Below, one piece after another: positions 1 through 10,836 of a stretch of DNA of 64,000 nucleotides; position 1 is the stretch's first letter; each line of letters begins with the position of its first letter. This DNA is from Phoronis australis. Taxonomy: Eukaryota; Animalia; Phoronida. The position numbers and the translations under genes were made by a program. A model generated the notes under the pieces. The model was not told the DNA's origin and did not search any database. It saw only the letters and a list, made by a program, of their open reading frames with translations. The stretch covers positions 124,001 through 188,000 of the forward strand of contig NMRA01000659.1 in NCBI GenBank assembly GCA_002633005.1, read 5' to 3'.

Positions 1-1323
1 ACAAGTCAGGTCAAAATTGAAAACGTAATATAAACCCCATTCTGGTGTAAAAAACACAAGCCACTTTCTTCAGATGCAAATTTGCTAGTCCATAACAATA
101 AACCAGCTTGAATTTTTTGTGACTGAAACTAAACCACCGTGGCGAGCTACTTAATGGAGTTAATCTGACGCAATCACCGTAATTCTTTTCAAGACTAGAA
201 ATTATATGTAACCTGAGTAAGGACTAAAGTAACTTGCCCAAATCAAAAGTTGTTTTGGACAAAACACGCGAGTTGATTTTATTTTTTTTATCAGATAATA
301 TGTATTTATTGAAGAATACAGAAGCATACAAGGAAATAATGAGAAACCCAGAAATCGCGAAGCATTATATCTGGGTTGTAGACAGTTCATAGATAAAAGT
401 AGTATTGTTCTTTAAATTTGTGTTTCAGTAGTTTCAACTGTATAAAGAAATGTGATTACAGTATTTATGAATTACATGCGCGCAACCAGCCTAAAATGGG
501 GAGGGGCTCGAATTTGTGAGATGTGAACCTTTTATTAAGATTCACGGGCTGCGTTAAGAGCTATGAATTGTGCATTTTCAGGATTTTGTTAGTTCCTGCC
601 TATTTATTGGAATTTCGTCTGTTTTCTACTTTTCGGAATTTTTGCCCACTTCGGCAAATGGGGGGGGGGGAGGCTGGGTGCCCGCATGAATTGGAACAGT
701 AAAGATTACTTAAGCTTGTTAATGCACAGACAAATTACGTAGCCAACTAACAACCAATAGCCGTTCTTGGTGCAAATTAATGTATGTTGATCAGAAGGAT
801 TCAATAAGAGTCACACGCACACACTGAATCTCCTTCCTCTTGCTGTAGGAAACAAATATCTATTACCAAAAATGTTGAGAAGTTTTTTTATTGAAACGAG
901 TCCAACAGTTATAGTTAAAGTATTTTTCATTGTCTCAAACAAATCAGTTAAACAGACCTTTAACCTGACAACATTTCGCGCCGTGTGTTGCTTTGAATAG
1001 TTTTCATACTGCATGTATATGTTCACATCCCTGAAAAAAACATCCAGTGTTACACAAATTATAATATCATCATGCTAAAATATCGGGAAGTGCCAAAACA
1101 CGACCTCGGTGACGGAGAATTCCAAACAACACCCTTTATAGTTGTGCTTTCTCACATACGTGTTTCTTTGATATAATATAGATTCTCAATTTGAGTGATT
1201 TTTGGCTACTGCTTATTCCTAGGCAACCCTTTTAAGGCGTTGTTAAAAACTTCACAGCACAGAGTACATAAATTTGACATAACATACAACAGTAGCCTAA
1301 ACACTGGAAAAACAACTGATACG

Positions 1324-3042
1324 TTTTTATGCGCCCACATATTTATATGTGGACGCATTATGCCCTCTGTCCCTCCGTCCGGCGCCCGTTGCCTTATCAC
1401 CAAATCCTTTGACGTACGTTCACGAAATTTTGCACATGTTTTTGTTATGTATGGGATGGCATGAGCGAACTTTCGGACGGATCCGACTACCGGTGTGCCA
1501 CCTAGTGGCAATTTTATTTTTTTACGCTTACCTCTATGTCTGCAAAGGTCCTCAACGTGTTTTCATAACATTTGGCATATAGGCATCTATTAGTGAGGTG
1601 ACGCTCTCCTCCCGTTTTCGGATTCGACGTAGTGGCATTTTTACTGTTTTCGAGTCTGTTTTTGGCGTCCACCCCTTTATCAACCAAACCGTTCTAAGGA
1701 CGATTGTGGAAATTAGCATTCTTGCTATGAAGAGGACGGCTGACGATGATTTCCGACGATTTCGACTATTGTGGCACCTCCTAGAGGCAGTTATTTATTT
1801 TTGCGCCCATGTCTGTTTCTCCTAAACCGTTGGCAGGATCTTTACTAAATTCAGCTAGTGATATTGACAATGGATGACGACGACTTTCGGACAGAACTGA
1901 CTATCGGTGTGCCCCCTAGTGACAATTTAATTTTTAAATGTTTGCCTCTGTATCTTCAAAGGTCCTCAACTTATTTATATAAAATTTGGAATATAGGCAT
2001 CTGTTAGTAAGATGACGCTATCCTCACGTTTTTGGAGGGATTTGACGTTGTTTGCTCCACCAAGTGGCCATTTTACTGTTTTTTAGTCTGTTTTTTGGCG
2101 TCCACCCCTCTATCAACCAAACGGTTCTAAGGATGACTGTGAAAATTGACATGTATATTCTTACTACCGTGACGAAGCTGAGGTTGATTTACCGACGACT
2201 TCGATTACCATGGCGCCACCTAGTGGGAGTTTTGTTTTTTGCGCCCGTGGCTGTATCTCTTAAACCGTTTGCAGCATCTTTGCTAAAAGCAAGTGTATAT
2301 GATGTTGACAACGGATGACAACAACTTTCGGACGGATCTGGCAAACAGTGTGCCCCCCTAGTGGCAATTTTCATTTTATAGGCTTACCTCTGGATCTTCA
2401 AAGGTCCTCAACGGATTATCAGAGCGTTTTGAATATAAGCCTTTATTGATGAGATGATGCTACCCTGCCGCTTTGGGATGGAATCGAGGAGCTTTGCGCC
2501 TCCTAGTGGCCATTTTTCCTGTTTTCGAGTTTTGTTTTTCGCTCCAACCCTCGATCAACCAAACTATTCTAAGGATGATTTTGAAAATTGGCGTATGTTC
2601 TCAGTGTGAAGAGGACAGTTGACGATTACGAATCCGACTACTGTGGCGCCTCCTAGTGGTAGTTTTGTTTTGTTTTGCGCCCATAGCTGCATCTCCTAAA
2701 CTCACTGCAGGATCTTTACTATATTTAGTAATTGTATTTGTATGAAGCTATCAACAGACGACGACGTCTTTCGGGCGGATCCAATGAGCGCTGTGCCCCA
2801 TAGTGGCAATCATTTCATTGTTTCTGTTTTCCCTGCTTCGTTTCTCTAATGTTCCCTGACAGATTATGAAATTTGATAAATATCTTTCTATTAGAGAAGC
2901 AATGGCATGTTCCCATTTTCAGATGGATTGGTCGTTTTTTCACCATCAGGTGTCTATTTTTATGAAACATAGAAACAACCCTAGAAGCACTCCGTTTGCG
3001 GTGCATTCGTGGTTGCATTTCAACGCTCGTCGTTGCTCTGTT
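1324..3042 (+). mobile_element. Non-autonomous Helentron-type element (HINE/DINE-1-like), family 1, copy A
   Basis: 5' T-run and palindrome ATGCGCCCACATAT-TT-ATATGTGGACGCAT; short GTCC-type microsatellite; central ~450-bp tandem units rich in CCTAGTGGC; 3' subterminal IR plus small hairpin CAACG-CTCGT-CGTTG. Confidence 0.75.
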
Positions 3043-5399
3043 CTAAAAATTTATTGTCGGTTAGCAGTGTTGAGCCCATTTCTAGTCAAATAAATACGAA
3101 TGGTGTACATTTGTATGAAACCTCTAAATGTTACGTGTACTTTGCGGGCACTAAATAACAGGCAACATTTTGCTCTCGTCCACTCGTCAAGTCTGAAATG
3201 TGTTTTGTGGGAATATGCTTGGATGACTACTGACCGAAATAATATCCTCCAGGACTGCTCGTGTAAATTTGCGCCACTCGAGTAGCGTAAAATAACTGCG
3301 ATATAGGTCTATGTCCTTAACCAAATCCAATTGAATAAGATTGTGTAAACTCTCTTGGAATAACGAGTACCCGGTATTTCAGCTAGTGTATCATATTTGA
3401 CTGCTTTATCCATACCACTTCCTTAAACGATGGCATTGAAATGAATCATCAACCATAGATTCCCCTTTGTCGTGTTTGTACGTCATACACAGATGTTGAG
3501 TGTTAAGGATGCCAACCCCTATTTTATTGATTTCAATCTAGGAGAAGCTTACAAATTTTGCTCCACACTTTCGAGGGTTGTCGAGGGTCACTACAAAATG
3601 AGAACTGAATGGGAAAGTCATTTTCAGTATCTGTTACTAGGTGGCCAAAACCGGGTTTGGTATCACTTGAGGATTGACTGAACTAAAAACTCATGATCCC
3701 TAAGGCACACGTTGGATACCATGGGTCTTGGTGGGCGGTCTTTCACCACAGTTGCCATGTAACTCTCCTAAACCGTAGGTCACGCTTGCACGTTTCTAGC
3801 AGACTTTGAAAGCCGTTTTCAAGTTTTACTCAAGACTCCTGCACGTTCACAACAGCGAACCAGCACAAAGAACACGAACCTAGACTTTTAAAACAAGGAG
3901 CTTGGGATCAGACAGGGCACCCGCCGGGGACCGAAACACCACTCCCGCATTTTCTGTCATAGTGTGAGTGCATTGAGCTTAGAAATTCCGATCCCAAATT
4001 CCAAGCGTTTTAAAGATCGGTGAGTTGTTGAAGTACACTTGTTTGGAGGCAAAAACGGTGAAATTGGTGACGGTGCAGGTCTTTTTAGTGAATAATTCTC
4101 GCGGTCCATTTCAAAAATCCGGAAAATAATGCCGGAAATAATGTACCCTCGACAATTAAATCGACGAACCCTGTGGCCTACTGTAAAAATGTTTAAAGGA
4201 AAAAATCAACAATGGCACTCGAAAGAGGAAATAATATTTTAGTTTTTCAATTTTTAAAATAGTTTTGAGAAACTATTGAATAATCTGAAATTAACAAAAT
4301 ATTCACAGAGATAGCAACGTCTTGAGAATATAGATTATGTTGGAATTCGTCCACAGATGACAGTTGCACGAGTTTTACCGGTAAAAATTCAATAACAGAG
4401 TCAATATAGTACAAGTTACGTATTATTATTGGTAATTATTAAAAAACAAATGCAGAAAACAACTGGAAAGTACTTGAGGCTACTGGCATCGTCTATACTT
4501 ACATTGAAAAATTGTCCGGGTTTCCTGTCCTATACCCTCGTAGTCCCTGTTTTAAAGGTCGAGGTTCGTGTTCTAAATATCGGGGATAATTTTTCGGGCT
4601 TATTGGCTGTTTTGAAGGAGTGGTAGTCCATTTTCGACTCCAGGGATATTTGTTTCACACCGGGATTCCAATTTCGATGGTCCACCCAGTGGATGAGAAA
4701 AACGTTTTCAATATCATGTTACTAGGCGGCGGCCAAAACCAGGTTTGGTATAATTTTAACAATCCGTAGGCTATGAATCTGCCAGTCTGGGAAAAAATCC
4801 GTAAAGCGTATGCAAATCCACGGCATTGCTATGTGAACCGATACTTCTAATGAATTAAAGAACACCATGACAGTGATAGGCACTCAATATCCGGGTACTG
4901 CTTGATGGCAGTTGTGGCTTTATGCATGTAAGTGATTTTACTTTAAATGTGAAATTGACAGACACGTGTCACAAATCTCCACTTGTTTCTGTTTTAGTTG
5001 TTCCACGTGATGGAGCGGCGGATATCAACCAAATGAACTTTAACTGTCTACTTGTCCCTCTGCTGGTTTTACCCTCATTGGTTGTTAGCTGCTCCACCCC
5101 GCGTGGTCAAATAGGGTAATCAGAGGAACAGCAGTTGGTGGTGAAGTGCAACCTGATTAGAGTAACATAAACGGTGAGTCACTTTTTCTATTAAGCAGTG
5201 GCTGCTCCAACTGGTGGTTAAACCAAACGGTAAAACGATAGTGAGATAGTTGGTCGCAATGAGATAGATTACATATCACTCATTGGCTGGTCGCCAAACA
5301 TAAACCAACAGTTGCCCTCACTGGCCTCATGCTCAAATGTAGAACAGAGGGATCGATGACTGCTCCCTCTCGTGGCCCTTTCATGAATGGAGCACGATT

Positions 5400-5945
5400 A
5401 ACGTGTTGACTGGCATAAATACATGTATAACATCCTGACACGTATGATGAAACTGCATTTGGGAGAACAAGTAAATAAACTCAAATATTTCAAAACAACT
5501 GAGGAAGCCACAACTGCATTGCATAGCTATATAAAGCGCTGGGTCGCAGAAAACTAATAAAAATATCATTTATAAAAACATTGAACAAGATAGGACCGAG
5601 CACACACCATTGTGTCAGTCTCAGATGACTTGTTTTACTCTCTTCTTTTGGCTAAAGTAGTCGGCAATCAGACCCGATGAAATTTTGCTCATTCCATACG
5701 CTTTCAATTTGGCAACAAGTAGTGAATCATGAATGACTCAGTGGCATCGAAAGCCTTGCATAGGGGGTCAATCAATCTATCAATCTTACCGCTACAAACT
5801 GGGCACGGTCAACTCTTCCAGTCCTCAACACACTCGAGCACACTAAGACACTCCGACAACAGTAACCACGACGAAAAGCTGATATATGTATATGTCTATC
5901 TAACACGACTTAAAATAGTATAAGTGCCCGTTGGTTTGCAGTAAG
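5400..5945 (-). mobile_element. Decayed CR1/L2-clade LINE reverse transcriptase fragment
   Basis: Frameshifted minus-strand peptides SAFRRGY-like, LCKAFD, LLVAKLKAYG...LIADYF, VLGPILFNVFINDIF. Confidence 0.8.
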
Positions 5946-6757
5946 TTTCTCAATTTGTTTTCAAAACGCTAGTGTGTAGACTACACCGCCTGGTCGACAA
6001 TTTTTATTAGTGATTGGATCAATTTTAAAATTTGAGTGACTTATCGGAAAAATTTGTCGTATTCTCGGCAAAATTAAAAACAAATGGCTGAAATAAAGTT
6101 TGTGAACCTAAGTAGACACAAGGTCGTCTAGTACCCAGTAGCCGGCTTGTAGTGACTTTAGATACTTAGTACAGAAGTCACGTGACCAAATGCCTGTGAC
6201 ATCTCCATCCTGATTTTTTCCATATTAGGTCGATTCTTAGAACATTCAACACAACCGTTCACACTATAGCTGTGTTTCGGCTCATCTAAATCCGGAAACG
6301 CAATTCATTGTTCAATAACCATTTTAGTCAAAGACGAAACGCAATACACCGAAGAAAACTTCAAAATTTCAAACGTGTGAAAGCTAACCAATCGTCTAAA
6401 CGTACTTAAGTACATGTATTGAACCTTTCTATAGAATACACGGTCACGCAATTACGACTACAATGCAGTCGTACGTGATTCAAACAAAATTCATTCGGAA
6501 TACAGATATTTTCGTCGAAGCGTTAATTACGCTGACATTCAGCAACCCTCTTTATTAGAAATATATCATTGTGCCGTACCTAATTAAATAACATAACCAT
6601 ATATTGATTACGGGGAAAAACACGCACGAGAGGTGGTATGCTCACATGTCAATCAACAACCTGTCATTAGTCATATCACCAAAACTAACTAGGCACACGT
6701 TATTCCACGTCGCTCAGAAAAAATAACTAGAAAATTAATGGCTTTAAGCTTATTATA

Positions 6758-7845
6758 AACAAGAGCAACGCAGAGCGTTGAAATGCGCCCACAATTGCAC
6801 CGCATACGGTATCCTTCTAGGGTTGTTTATTGGTACCATAAAGTGGCCAGTAGAGGGTAGTATGTTGTACTTAGCAAAATGGAAAGGCATGGTCATTGTC
6901 TCCTCAATAGGCTAGGGGCAAAATGTGAGTAATCTTCATAATACAAGCACATCCTATACACCAGTTGCTTAAAGCACCACAGAAACATAGAATTAAAAAC
7001 AAATTTACCAACATACGAGATTAGCACAGCATTAGAATGCCAGAAACAAATTTCTACTTGGAACTTTTCCTTCATAGTCACGAAGTAACACAAAGTATAC
7101 ACCTGAAGACCTATGAAAATACAGAGGTCAATGTAAAATACTAAAATTGCCACTAGAGGCAAATACTAAAATTGCCACTAGAGGCATACCGGTAGTCAGA
7201 ATCATCCTAAAGTCGTCATCGTCCGTTGTCAACATCACATAAATACACTTACTAAATTTAGTAAAGAACCTGCAAACGGTTTGGGAGATACAGCCATGGG
7301 CGCAAAAAAACAAAACTGCCACTAGGAGGCGCCACAGTAGTCCAAATCGTCTGAAAATCATTGTCAGCTGTCTTCCTTATACTACAAGGACCTTATAGTA
7401 AGCACATACACGGCAATTTTCACAATCATCCTTTGAGCGGTTTGGTTGATAGAGGGGTGGACGCAAAAATACAGACTCGAAAACAGTAAAAATGGCCACT
7501 ACGTGGCGCAAACTATGTCGAATCCATCTGAAAACGGGAGGATAGCGTCATCTCACTAATAGGTGCCTACATACCAAATTTCATGAAAATCCGTTCAGGA
7601 CTTTTGAAGATACAAAGGTAAGCGTAAAAAACTAAAATTGCCACTAAGGGGCACACCGGTAGTCGTATTTGTCCGAAACTTTCGCACATGCCGTCCCATT
7701 CATGAATGGGACATATGTGCTAAATTTCATGAACGTATGTCAAAGGGTTTTGGAGATAGAGCAGCGGACGCCGGACGCCGCCCGGACGGACGGACAGAGA
7801 TGACGGCATAATGCGTCCACATATAAATATGTGGGCGCATAAAAA
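6758..7845 (-). mobile_element. HINE family 1, copy B
   Basis: AACAAGAG-CAACGCAGAGCGTTG-AAATGCGCCCAC at the left; GGACGGACGGACAG and ATGCGTCCACATAT-AA-ATATGTGGGCGCAT-AAAAA at the right; same internal units as copy A. Confidence 0.8.
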
Positions 7846-8749
7846 TTAAAACTTAACTTTTGTTACAACGTTTAAGATTTTTGGGAATAATATTTGGCGA
7901 CTTTTCATCCTAGTCTGAACATATTTATCTCGGGTGGAAACAAAAATTGCAAACCTATGCACGAGGATTTTCGGCGACCATTAACGGTGGATCTAACCAC
8001 CAAAGAACGCACTCCAGGGGGCGTTCACCTATTACGTCACCGTTGGGAAAAGTCATCTTTCAGCGGAATTGATCAATTCTAAAACCGGGTTCCGCCGTTT
8101 TACGCTTCCAAGATGCAGACTCCAAATGGCGCACTGTATTTCATTGCTGAAAACATTAGTAAATGCAACTTACGATTATAAAGAGTCATTAGAGTCATGA
8201 AGATAGAATCTCCACCGAAATGTTGGTTCTACCAAAACTGAGGGGGGGGGGGGGGNGGGAAGGAAAGAAAGGGGGGGGGGTGGTTAAATTGACAAATTTT
8301 AGATGACGGGATACGTGAGTGTTCCCTAAAAAAGACAAAAGGCAATTGTACATACATAAGTAACTAGCTCTTAATTAATTTCGTTTGCAGACTAGCACTG
8401 ACGTCATTCGACCAAACTGTTTTAATATAAGGGGCACAACTTTTTCTATGTGATTTAAAACGGGCCATTGACAAACCGACTGATTTTTTTCATTTTTTCT
8501 TCCTGAAACCGATCTCATTAAAATAAGGTCTAAGGATCCGCGAAGTTTTTATTTGTCATTTTTTAGTTTTCTGCATTGTATTTGGTTTTATCTTTGATTC
8601 AAGTGATTAAAAATACATTAGTTTTATTTTCACAACAGAGTTTTCAGCGTGTTCCCCCGAGAATCTCTTACTGTCACCCGTCTGCTGTAAATTTAGGAAT
8701 CGATATAGTTCCTAGACATAGCCGACAACTGCCACCACTGCATCCGTTC

Positions 8750-9140
8750 ACGAACTCCAAAGTCGGTTACCGTTATAAGAATAAAATTGCCACTACCAAA
8801 CAGTGCCACTTGTCGCCACATTTATAGGAAAGGAATGCACTTAAAGATCCTATAGAGGATTTAGGAAATAGGTGTGGATGAAAAAAATCTAGGGATGCTA
8901 CAAAAATCAAGGTATGTCGTACTCGTGTCAGTAGGAAAAAATCTGCTATTTTATTAATGATCCTTTGAGCGCCTATCGCGGCTAAAGAAGCTGACTCCAA
9001 AAACAGAGTCTGACTAAAATTAATAAAAAAATGGCCACTAAGTTGCGCAAAGTAAATATAATCTGCCAAATTTTATAAAAACCCTGTAACAGGTTGAAGG
9101 AGATACGACTACGGACTGACACTAGAGAGAATCACAGCAG
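8750..9140 (-). mobile_element. Degraded HINE family 1 internal fragment
   Basis: AAAATTGCCACTAC, AAAGATCC...TTTAGGA and AAAATGGCCACTA motifs shared with copies A-D. Confidence 0.5.
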
Positions 9141-9321
9141 TTCGTGAAAAGTACACGTGGTTAGGTTTTTGAATTTTGAAAATTGGACAAGAAATGCGAG
9201 TTTTGTAACATAATACTAGAAAGTAGTCCACAGCCAGTATTCTGCTCCACAAATTCTGCTAGGAGGGCAACATAATGGGCCAATTACCAATTAAAGTTCA
9301 TAAACCCGGCCTGAAGTTGTA

Positions 9322-9487
9322 CATGGGCGGATCCAGAATTTTGAGTTGGGGGGGGGGGCAGGTCAGAGTATTAGCCAGGATTTTGCGTGTCAGACATTTG
9401 CACTACCGAACTGCCCAATGGAATCTTGGAGAATTTTAGGGGGAGGCGGGGCATGGCCCCCTTGGCCCCCCTCTAAATCGGCCACTG
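9322..9487. mobile_element. Small MITE-like element(s)
   Basis: Imperfect inverted ends CATGGGCGGATCC...AATCGGCCACTG with G/C-rich subterminal tracts; no clean TSD. Confidence 0.35.
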
Positions 9488-10755
9488 TTGTAAATTTAGG
9501 AAAGCCAAGGACTTAGAGATACAACAGCCTACGTCGGACACCAGATCACGGCAGTATGAACAGACATCTGTGTTTGTGAGCGCTTAATGACGACGAAAGC
9601 GAAAATCGCGAGCTGATAAGGGATGCGCAACTGGTCTGAGGGTAAGTCTCCTTGATGCCCAACTCGCACAGCACGACTGAGGGGCCTGGTATCCCTTCAT
9701 AATAGATCGATATCCAACAACTTTTCCCTACATCTACTTACCAATTCCTGTCATTATTACCCAGCGGCAATACCAAGCACAACATTCCCAAGGCTAATTC
9801 CTAAACCAACGTATCCCATGTTTTATTTTTTCCACATCCTGTGACCTTTTCATTCATAGTTTTACTGCACAAAAAGTGGCACGTGCATTTTGATTGGCTT
9901 AAAAACCTTTAATCTTCAGCATTCTTTAGCTAAAATATGACCCATAGGCTTACAGCAGCAAACATAACCTTGCTTCAGTACCCATTAGTCACGCTTCAAT
10001 GCGTGAGAAATGGGATAAAAACGCGACCACTAAGCAACCAAACCCCTGTGAACAGTTTTTTAGCCAGATCTGACCCTGTTGGGTCTCCGCTGCCACGCGA
10101 GAGCGTGCATTTTTTCTTCATCCTTTGCATGTATTTTGAAAACTATAACCAGGTTGTTGACCTGAGCGTCGCTCAGTAACATGCAGAGGTATGGTGATGC
10201 CAACGCAACTGCATAGACCCTAATATTAAGAAAAGTAAAAAGATGAAACATTAAATAGAAACTTCATTTGACTACAAATCACAATTTCAAAAAGTTTAAT
10301 CGTAGTGACTGGATGTCTCTCCCCTGATGTGGACGCCTGGTGTCGTCTCCCCATCGGCCCCATCTTCTGCATGCTAGTGGAACGTCACAGCGAGTCTTAG
10401 CTCGGACATTTAGTCAACAATAAAGTTGGAAGAATTACCACCACTTTTGTTTTTTAAATGCTGAGGATAAAATTGCCAAGAAACGAAAACGAAGACAAAC
10501 ATTTTTTTGTATTTGTATTTGGCATGTCTAATACAATTGTTTCAAAAATATTTTGACAATTTATAAGTTTTAGTCATTTTTTGTTTTTTCAAAGGTTATT
10601 AAACTTGTATTATCCCTTAAAACACTGTCTATTAAAATGGTGAGAGACAAGCATGAACTGAAAGTCGAAGAATTTGCACAAAACATTTCTAGGGGCCCTT
10701 TGGCCTTAAAAATGGGGACGGGACTTTCATGCAGAACTAATGAAACATTGCCCTT

Positions 10756-10836
10756 TCAACTGGAATCTTCTTCCACTGTAATTTTCAAACCCTCCAAGTC
10801 AACTTCGGCATCGTATAAAACCATGCCCTCTGCATC
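10756..10836 (-). CDS. FCSK: FCSK last coding exon 27 with stop
   Basis: tttcag|[29 protein letters not shown]; matches the EVD..GL C-terminal pattern of FUK. Confidence 0.9.
   Translation of the reverse strand, partial: DAEGMVLYDAEVDLEGLKITVEEDSS

Noticed and set aside
1195-3093. Cluster of 60-100-aa ORFs, with similar ones at 6.9-7.4, 21-22.7, 32.9-33.9 and 53-58 kb
   Set aside because: They lie within non-coding HINE repeats; homologous copies show inconsistent frames and stops, and there are no recognisable domains.
3360-4905. Possible TIR element (AGTACCCGG.TATT inverted at ~3367 and ~4890; direct repeat GGCCAAAACC.GGTTTGGTAT at ~3643 and ~4731)
   Set aside because: Matches are short and imperfect with no TSD, so boundaries cannot be supported without a repeat library.
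6177-6186. GTCACGTGAC (CLEAR/USF-type E-box)
   Set aside because: A single 10-mer with no identifiable adjacent gene start.
8241-8281. G-quadruplex-like G runs
   Set aside because: They straddle an N (8257), and homopolymer lengths at an assembly join are unreliable.
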